Below, in pieces: positions 57,739 to 64,000 of a stretch of DNA of 64,000 nt. A model generated the notes under the pieces. It made no database searches. It saw nothing but the letters and a program-made list of their open reading frames with translations, and had not been told where the DNA came from. Each line of letters begins with the position of its first letter. Position 1 is the stretch's first letter. The DNA is from a bacterium (lineage in GTDB: Bacteria > UBA8248). The stretch lies in contig OZ241326.1 in assembly GCA_965199855.1 (NCBI GenBank), forward strand, positions 1,440,001 through 1,504,000, read 5' to 3'. Both the position numbers and the translations under genes were made by a program.

Positions 57739-58929
57739 TTACGCCCGCCCCTCGCGCGGCGTCCGGGCGCTTCGCCTGTGCAGAAGGAGGGCGACGCACC
57801 CGCCGACGGCGAACATCGCCGCGTAGAGGCTGAACGCCGTCTGGAGACCCACGGCTTCGGCGGCGAGGCCGCCGACGAGCGGCGAAAGCGCGCTCGCCCC
57901 CTCGTTGAAGCCGTAGATCATCCCGACGGAGCTCGAGCGCACCCGCTCGTCCACGAGTTCCGTGCCGACGGCGAGAACCAGACTCGGCACGGGCGTGAGG
58001 ATGCAGGCGACGGCGAAGAGCGCGAGCAGGAGCGACGCCGTCCCCGCCACCCAGGAGAGAGAGGCCAGGGCGGCCGCGCACAGGAAGGTGAGGACGGCGA
58101 TGACCTTCGTGCGATCCCTCTCGTCCGACCACCTGCCGATGAGAATCGAGGAGCCCGAACCCAGCAGAAAATAGGCGCTGAGCAGCCAGCCCACCCCTTT
58201 GGTGTCGTAGCCGAACCGCTCGGCCAGCAGGAGCGGCAGGAAGGCCATGAAGCCCCGGTATCCCATGATGCGGCAGGAGGAGAGGGCGACGAGCAGCATG
58301 AGCGAGCGGTTGCCGAACAGGGCGCCGAAGGTGGACCTCGCCGCCTGCCGGAAGGGCGGGCGCTCCCCGCCCTGATCCCGGAAGCGCAGCCAGATGAGCG
58401 CCGCCCACAGGAGGCCCGGTATGACGTAGAACTGCGCCGCCGTGCGCCAGCTCGCCAGATGGACGGCGAGCCAGCCGACGACGGCGGGCGAGATGATGTT
58501 GCCCGCGTCGCCCCCGCCGTTGAACAGCCCCATGCAGAACCCGCGCCGCTCGGGCATCTCGCGGGTGATGAGAGCGACGGCCGGAGGATGGTAGGCCGCG
58601 CTGCCGATGCCGCTGACGAAGACGAACAGCAGCAGCAGGGAGTAGCTCGCCGCGTAGCCGTAGAGCAGGACGGGCAGCGCCTGGGTGAGCAGGGAGAGGG
58701 CGAGGACGGCGCGCCAGCGGCGGGTGTAGTCCGAGACGAACGAGAGCGGAAACTGAAAGACGCTGTTCGCCGCCGAGTAGGTCGTCACGATGAGGCCCGC
58801 CTGCACGTAGTTCAGCTCGAACTCCGAGACGATGAGCGGGAGCACGGGTATCAGGAGCTGGGTGTAGAAGGCGTTGACGGCGTGGCTGCCCGCGATGGCG
58901 AACAGGTTGAACATCCTGGAGGGAGACAT
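57739..58929 (-). CDS. MFS transporter (Fsr-like)
   Basis: SHAVN, GIGSAAYHP and WSDERDR motifs. Confidence 0.85.
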   Translation of the reverse strand: MSPSRMFNLFAIAGSHAVNAFYTQLLIPVLPLIVSEFELNYVQAGLIVTTYSAANSVFQFPLSFVSDYTRRWRAVLALSLLTQALPVLLYGYAASYSLLLLFVFVSGIGSAAYHPPAVALITREMPERRGFCMGLFNGGGDAGNIISPAVVGWLAVHLASWRTAAQFYVIPGLLWAALIWLRFRDQGGERPPFRQAARSTFGALFGNRSLMLLVALSSCRIMGYRGFMAFLPLLLAERFGYDTKGVGWLLSAYFLLGSGSSILIGRWSDERDRTKVIAVLTFLCAAALASLSWVAGTASLLLALFAVACILTPVPSLVLAVGTELVDERVRSSSVGMIYGFNEGASALSPLVGGLAAEAVGLQTAFSLYAAMFAVGGCVALLLHRRSARTPREGRA

Positions 58930-59194
58930 GGCGCGTTCCGCCGAGGGGGGTGCGAAGAATGCCCTTGCTCAGGCTTATAGATTCAGGCGAATGCCCCCGT
59001 CAACGCCGGCGGCCCTCGCGGGGCGGGGCGGAGAGGTTCGCGGCGGAGCGGCGGCTTTGCGGAAAACTCCCGGCTCCGCGCGCCGCGGGGGAGCGCTACG
59101 GAAGCCGGAGGGTGAGAGGCTTGACTTCCCGCGGAACGAGCGCGGACACTGCGCTTTTCATTCGCCGCGCCCGGCGCGGGCGGAGAAAAGGCCC

Positions 59195-59986
59195 ATGACC
59201 CAGCCTCCAGGCTTCGACGAGAAGGCGGCCCGGCGCGTGGAGGCCGTCTATACGACGCCGGACGCGGCGGCGCAGCGCGGCGTCCTGCTGGAGATGCTCT
59301 CCCCGCTTCCGGGCGAGCGCGTTCTCGATTTGGGGACGGGCCCCGGGTTCATGGCGCGCGAGGCGGCGGATCGCGTGGGAGATTCCGGCGCCGTCGTCGG
59401 CTTGGACAAAAGCGCGCCCATGCTCGCCCTGGCGAGGGCGCGGTGCGCCTCGCGGCCGCGCGTCTCGCTTCGGGAGGGCGACGCGGCGCGCCTGCCCTTC
59501 GCCGACGGCGATTTCGACGCGGCCATCGTCTCCCAGGTCTATGAATACGTCCCCGACGTGGAGGCCGCCCTGGCGGAGCTCGCCCGCGCGCTCCGGCCCG
59601 GCGGCCGCGCCCTCGTCATGGATACCGACTGGGGTTCGCTGGTCTGGAGAGCGCAAGACGCCGCGCGCGCGGGGAGAATCCTCAAGGCGTGGGACGCGCA
59701 TCTGGCGGATCCGCATCTGCCCCGAAGGCTCCCGCCTCTCTTGCGCGGGGCGGGCCTCGAGATTCTGGACAGCCGGGTTCTGCCCCTCCTGAACACGGAG
59801 TATCCGGCGGACAACTACAGCTGCGGCATGGTGAGCGTCATCGTTCCGTTCGTGGTTCGCAAAGGGGGCGTGGCGAAGGAGGAGGCGAGGGCCTGGGCCG
59901 CGGATCTGGCCGCCCTGGGCGCGCGCGGCGCGTATTTCTTCAGCCTGAACCGCTACGCCTTTCTGGCGAGAAAGCCCGGAGCGTAG
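59195..59986 (+). CDS. Class I SAM-dependent methyltransferase
   Basis: VLDLGTGPG, GDAARLPF, LRPGG and DTDW motifs. Confidence 0.88.
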   Translation: MTQPPGFDEKAARRVEAVYTTPDAAAQRGVLLEMLSPLPGERVLDLGTGPGFMAREAADRVGDSGAVVGLDKSAPMLALARARCASRPRVSLREGDAARLPFADGDFDAAIVSQVYEYVPDVEAALAELARALRPGGRALVMDTDWGSLVWRAQDAARAGRILKAWDAHLADPHLPRRLPPLLRGAGLEILDSRVLPLLNTEYPADNYSCGMVSVIVPFVVRKGGVAKEEARAWAADLAALGARGAYFFSLNRYAFLARKPGA

Positions 59987-60877
59987 ATGGACAGGTTCAT
60001 CGACGCCCACAGCCGCCTTCACGGGTTCAGCTTCGACGCCTGGGAGCTCCAGGGCATGTGCGGGATGGCGGGGGCGGTTCTCTCGTGCGGAGACCCTCAC
60101 GTTCACCGGGAAGTCTGGCGTCGCGCGCCGGGGCCGCAGGACGTGCGGAGGCTCTGGGACAGCCCGCTCCGGATGGCGGAGGCGGCGGAGGCGAAGCACC
60201 GCATCCGCGCCAGGTGCGCCGTGGGCGTCAGCCCGGTGACGCGGGTGGAGGACTGGGAGAGGCTCATCGACGCTCTTCCGGGATACCTCGAGAACGAGCG
60301 GGTGGCCGCCCTGGGCGAGGTTGGGCTGGAGCCCGCGCAGCTCTTCGGCCTCTCCTGGGCGCTGGAGGATCAGTCCAGGTGCCTCGAAGCGCAGGCGCGC
60401 GCCGCGGCGGAGGCGGGGAAGCCGCTGATTCTCCGGACGCCCCTTCGCGCGCGACCGGAAGGAGCCTCAAGCGCAGAAGAGAGAGAGGACGCGGCGCGGC
60501 GCGAAGACTCCGGGCTCCGTTATCTGAAAATGAGCCTCGATATCATCGACGGGGCGGGCCTCGACCACGCGCTTCTCGTCATCGCCCACGCGGACGAGGC
60601 GGCCTTCGACTTCATTCACGCCGAAACGCGCGCCTGGTGCGGCGTGAGCCTCGGCGACCGGCCTCGCGCGGCTTCCGCCTCCGCCCTCCTCGACCGGGTG
60701 CGGCGCCGGGGGGCGGAGCGCGTCCTCCTCGGCTCCGACCTTCTCCCCTACGCCCCGAACGATCTCTACGGCGTCCCCCGCGCGATTCGCGCCCTGCGCC
60801 GCGCCGGAGCGGCCGAGGCCGACATCGAGAAGGCCGCCTTCGGCAACGCGAACGCGCTTTTCGGCTTCGACCTGTAG
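59987..60877 (+). CDS. TatD-related amidohydrolase-fold protein
   Basis: FIDAH, ALGEVGL, AH, GSD and NA..LF motifs. Confidence 0.75.
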   Translation: MDRFIDAHSRLHGFSFDAWELQGMCGMAGAVLSCGDPHVHREVWRRAPGPQDVRRLWDSPLRMAEAAEAKHRIRARCAVGVSPVTRVEDWERLIDALPGYLENERVAALGEVGLEPAQLFGLSWALEDQSRCLEAQARAAAEAGKPLILRTPLRARPEGASSAEEREDAARREDSGLRYLKMSLDIIDGAGLDHALLVIAHADEAAFDFIHAETRAWCGVSLGDRPRAASASALLDRVRRRGAERVLLGSDLLPYAPNDLYGVPRAIRALRRAGAAEADIEKAAFGNANALFGFDL

Positions 60878-60879
60878 AA

Positions 60880-61596
60880 TCAGTCCTCCAGCACGGCGAC
60901 GGCGCGCACCGGCGAGCCCGTGGCGCCTTTCAGCTTGATGGGCAGGCACAGGAAGGTGAAGCGCCTGCCCGCCAGACGCTTCGGAATCACGAGGTTCTCC
61001 GTGTTGAGCATCCCCCGCTCCTTGCACACCTGGTGCGAGGGGTAGGGTTCTTCCGACTCCGGGAGCATCTGCGTGGGGTTTTCTATCGTGAACGCCTCGC
61101 AGCCGATGTTGCGCACCCCTCGATCCGCCAGATATTCCGTGGCCGGCCGGCTCAGTCCCGCGAAATCCGTCCACCATTTCTCGGGATCCGGATCCCGAAA
61201 GCGCCTCTCGAAGTGGCCCGTGTGGTAGAGAAAGGCGTCGCCCTCCCGGATGGAAAGCCCGTGCCGCGCCAGCTCCCGCTCGATGTCTTCGGGCTCGATG
61301 TAGGTTCTGGGGGCGACGTCCGAGAAATCCACGCAGACGGCGCTCGAGTAGAAGCGCTCGAGCGGCAGCTCGTCGATGGAGGGAGCGTCCTCGCCGGGGA
61401 CGTAATGGTTCAGGGCGTCCACGTGGCTTCCGGTGTGATCCGAGAGCGTGAGCTTCATGGCCGCGAAGGAGAACTTTCCGAGGAATTTCTTGGAGGACTC
61501 CTCGTGCGTCATCATCGGCTCGATCGCCACCTTGGGGTGAAACGGGCGCTCGAAGCCGCCGGCCGCGACAGTTTGCGAGAGGTCGATCAGTTCCAT
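60880..61596 (-). CDS. Cyclase family (kynurenine formamidase-like) protein
   Basis: IDLSQ, HTGSHVDA, ENL and GATGSPVRA motifs. Confidence 0.9.
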   Translation of the reverse strand: MELIDLSQTVAAGGFERPFHPKVAIEPMMTHEESSKKFLGKFSFAAMKLTLSDHTGSHVDALNHYVPGEDAPSIDELPLERFYSSAVCVDFSDVAPRTYIEPEDIERELARHGLSIREGDAFLYHTGHFERRFRDPDPEKWWTDFAGLSRPATEYLADRGVRNIGCEAFTIENPTQMLPESEEPYPSHQVCKERGMLNTENLVIPKRLAGRRFTFLCLPIKLKGATGSPVRAVAVLED

Positions 61597-61638
61597 GAAA
61601 GCGTATCCTTCCTTTCTCCTTGAACGGGAAGCGGTCGC

Positions 61639-63225
61639 CTAGGCCGCCATGGCCTCGACGGGCGACCAGAAGCGCTCGATGCCCAGGTCCTCGGCGATGG
61701 CGTTCGCGCAGTTGTAGCCGGGCGCGCCCGTTATCGCCCCGCCCACGTGGGAGCTCGAGCCGCACAGATACAGCTTCCCGATGGGCGTCCGGAAGTCGCT
61801 CACCTCCGGGTGCGGGCGGTTGTAGCCCAGCTGGTCGGGAACGTAGGCGCCCACGTGGTGGCTGGCGCGGACGAAGTTCGGGTTTTCGCGCACGATGTCG
61901 AGCGGGGTGTAGAGATAGCTGCCCATGATGTTGTCGCGGTTGACGTTGGGGGCGTAGGGCGTCCAGGAGTCGATGAAGTGCTGGGTGTATTCCTCGCGCC
62001 TCGCGTCCCACGCCTCCGCCCCGCCGTCCTTGAGCTCATAGGGGGCGAACGGCCACCAGTAGCCCACGTGGGTGCCGTCCGGCGAATAGGTGGGGTCGAA
62101 GTGGCTGTTGCTCCCGCCGTTGCCCATGAGGGGGGGCAGCTCGCCGCGGTGTATCGCCTCGAAGCACGCGCTGATCTCCGCGGTCGAATCCGCCCCCCAG
62201 AAGATGTTGAAGGTCTTGTTGATGTCCGGCTCGTATTTCGCGGCCTTGAAGTCGGGCGCCTCCTTCAGCGCCAGATGGATGGTGCAGAGCCCGTGGCTCG
62301 CCCACTGGAACTCGAGGGCGGCCCGGGAGAGCCTGCCCCCGAAGTAGTCCTCTCCGGCCAGGCGCACCGTGAGCGGCCAGTTCACCCCGCTCGCCACGAA
62401 CTCGGAGGCTTCGACGCGGGTTCCGTCGGAGAGAATGACGCCCGTGGCGTCGCCGCTCTCCACGGTGATTTCGCGCACCTCGGCGTTGGTCAGCACCTTG
62501 CCGCCGCCGCGCTCGACGACGCGCTCCAGAGCGCGGGTGAAGTTCACCGACCCGCCCACGGGCAGGGCGAAATTCGCTATGCGCGAGAAGATTCGGGGGA
62601 AGAAGATGCCGGTCGCCGGCGTGTTCTCCAGGGTGAAGGAGCCCAGGAAGAGCTTGAAGAGGACGCGAAGCCTGTCGTCCTCGAAATGCTGATCCACCGC
62701 CTCGTACATGCTCAGGTCCGCGTAGCTCAGGAACTCTCGGCCCAGCTGTCCCGAGAAGCGCGCCTTCAGCTCCTCGGGCGGCAGGGGGGCGCAATACATG
62801 AAGGAGGTGATGATGTCGAGCATCCCCTCGGTGAACTTGACGTGGAGGTCCCGGTAGGTGCGCGCGTCGTTTCGGTTGATGCGCTCGATGGATTTTACGG
62901 TCTTCTCCACGTCGCGGTGGATGACGAACGCGGCGCCGTCCCGGAAGATGCAGCCCTGCTGAAACTCCGGGAAGACGAGGCTGAAGCCGTATTCGTGAAG
63001 TTCCAGGTCGCGCAGGATGGGGCTTCTGTCCAGCCCCACGTAATAGTTCGAGTGCAGGTTGTGCTTGAAGCCCGGGAGGGTGACCTCGCGCGTGGAGCAG
63101 CCTCCGCCGGCGATGGGGGCGCGCTCGAGAACGCCCACCTTCTTCCCCGCCTTGGCCAGATAGGCGGCGCACACCAGGCTGTTGTGCCCGCCCCCGATGA
63201 GCAATCCGTCGAAAGATTCCGTCAT
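61639..63225 (-). CDS. Phytoene dehydrogenase-like FAD-dependent oxidoreductase
   Basis: IGGGHNSL..AAYL, TPLD, RTPIGKLYLCG and GGAITGAPGYN motifs. Confidence 0.88.
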   Translation of the reverse strand: MTESFDGLLIGGGHNSLVCAAYLAKAGKKVGVLERAPIAGGGCSTREVTLPGFKHNLHSNYYVGLDRSPILRDLELHEYGFSLVFPEFQQGCIFRDGAAFVIHRDVEKTVKSIERINRNDARTYRDLHVKFTEGMLDIITSFMYCAPLPPEELKARFSGQLGREFLSYADLSMYEAVDQHFEDDRLRVLFKLFLGSFTLENTPATGIFFPRIFSRIANFALPVGGSVNFTRALERVVERGGGKVLTNAEVREITVESGDATGVILSDGTRVEASEFVASGVNWPLTVRLAGEDYFGGRLSRAALEFQWASHGLCTIHLALKEAPDFKAAKYEPDINKTFNIFWGADSTAEISACFEAIHRGELPPLMGNGGSNSHFDPTYSPDGTHVGYWWPFAPYELKDGGAEAWDARREEYTQHFIDSWTPYAPNVNRDNIMGSYLYTPLDIVRENPNFVRASHHVGAYVPDQLGYNRPHPEVSDFRTPIGKLYLCGSSSHVGGAITGAPGYNCANAIAEDLGIERFWSPVEAMAA

Positions 63226-63387
63226 GACCCGCCTCCTCTCAGGGATGAAGCCTCGCCTTCGCTTCGCGTCGGATGGATGCGCCCCTATTTTGCCTTATTC
63301 GCGCGCCGTTACTCAACGCGCTTTTTTCTCGCGCCCCGGCGTCGCCCGAAAGCGCGTCCGGCGATGGCCTTGGCTCCCCCTCTCGCC

Positions 63388-63792
63388 TCAGGTTTCCGCC
63401 CGGGGCCGGGGGATGCGGGCCGTGGCGTCGATTTCCACGAGAAAATCCTCGGAGGCAAGCCCGTCCACGATCACCCCCGTGCTGGCCGGCGCGTGGGGGC
63501 CGAAGTATTCCGCCAGCACCTCATAGACGGGCTTTCGATGCGCCCTGTCCGTGACGTAGTTCGTGAGCTTCACGACGTGGGAGAGGTCGCCGCCGGCCTC
63601 TTCGAGCAGCCGGCGAATGTTCTCGCACGCCTGGCGCGCCTGGGTGGCGGCGTCGCCGGGCGCGGGCGGGCTTCCGTCGAGTCCCTCTCCGGTCTGCCCC
63701 GCCAGATAGAGCGTGTCGCCGGCGAGAAGCGCCTGGGAATAGCTGCCGGACGCCGCCGTCATTCGCGTGGTGCGAAATTTCCGGAATGGCAT
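63388..63792 (-). CDS. RidA/YjgF family protein
   Basis: YSQA, AGQ, PAST and LVEIDA motifs. Confidence 0.88.
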   Translation of the reverse strand: MPFRKFRTTRMTAASGSYSQALLAGDTLYLAGQTGEGLDGSPPAPGDAATQARQACENIRRLLEEAGGDLSHVVKLTNYVTDRAHRKPVYEVLAEYFGPHAPASTGVIVDGLASEDFLVEIDATARIPRPRAET

Positions 63793-63868
63793 GTCGCGTC
63801 TCCGTCTCCATGAGGAACGAAAAGGGCCCGGCGCGGCTTTTCAGGACGACGGTGGAGGGCGGCGCGAA

Positions 63869-64000
63869 TCAGGGCCTTGACGCGCCGAAGGCGATGAACG
63901 GCGCGTGTAGCATGAAGTCGTCCCAGTAGGGGTCGCCGCGCTCGCCGGGTGCCAGCGCCGCGTCTATCCAGCGAAAATCGGTGAAGCCGGCGCCGCGCAT
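63869..64000 (-). CDS. C-terminal end of a gene extending beyond the window, possibly a SAM methyltransferase
   Basis: Open frame ...GAGFTDFRWID...YWDDF...PFIAFGASRP*; the AGF motif is typical of methyltransferase C-termini. Confidence 0.45.
   Translation of the reverse strand: MRGAGFTDFRWIDAALAPGERGDPYWDDFMLHAPFIAFGASRP

Overview
High-GC bacterial chromosome segment with about 60 protein genes. It contains housekeeping genes (leuS, hflX, mgtE, rlpA, mqnD, queE-like) and many small-molecule catabolic genes. I found no rRNA, tRNA, CRISPR array, integrase or transposase. The strongest signal is a family I CoA-transferase-fold alpha subunit (minus strand, 23723-24550) with an in-frame TGA followed 11 nt later by a SECIS-like hairpin, so it is probably a selenoprotein. 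By manual alignment the Sec sits at the active-site PQG glutamine position, and the partner beta subunit seems to lack the canonical catalytic Glu. A second candidate is a B12-dependent acyl-CoA mutase large subunit with a heavily remodelled active site, clustered with a crotonase, an FNR and an aldehyde:ferredoxin oxidoreductase. Other observations: a SuyAB-like lyase pair, a livKGFHM-type ABC operon with a frameshift and an amber stop, a truncated dehydrogenase remnant, a probable ATC start for hflX, and a phased A/T-tract repeat shared by two intergenic regions. All family calls and residue alignments were made by eye, without database searches.
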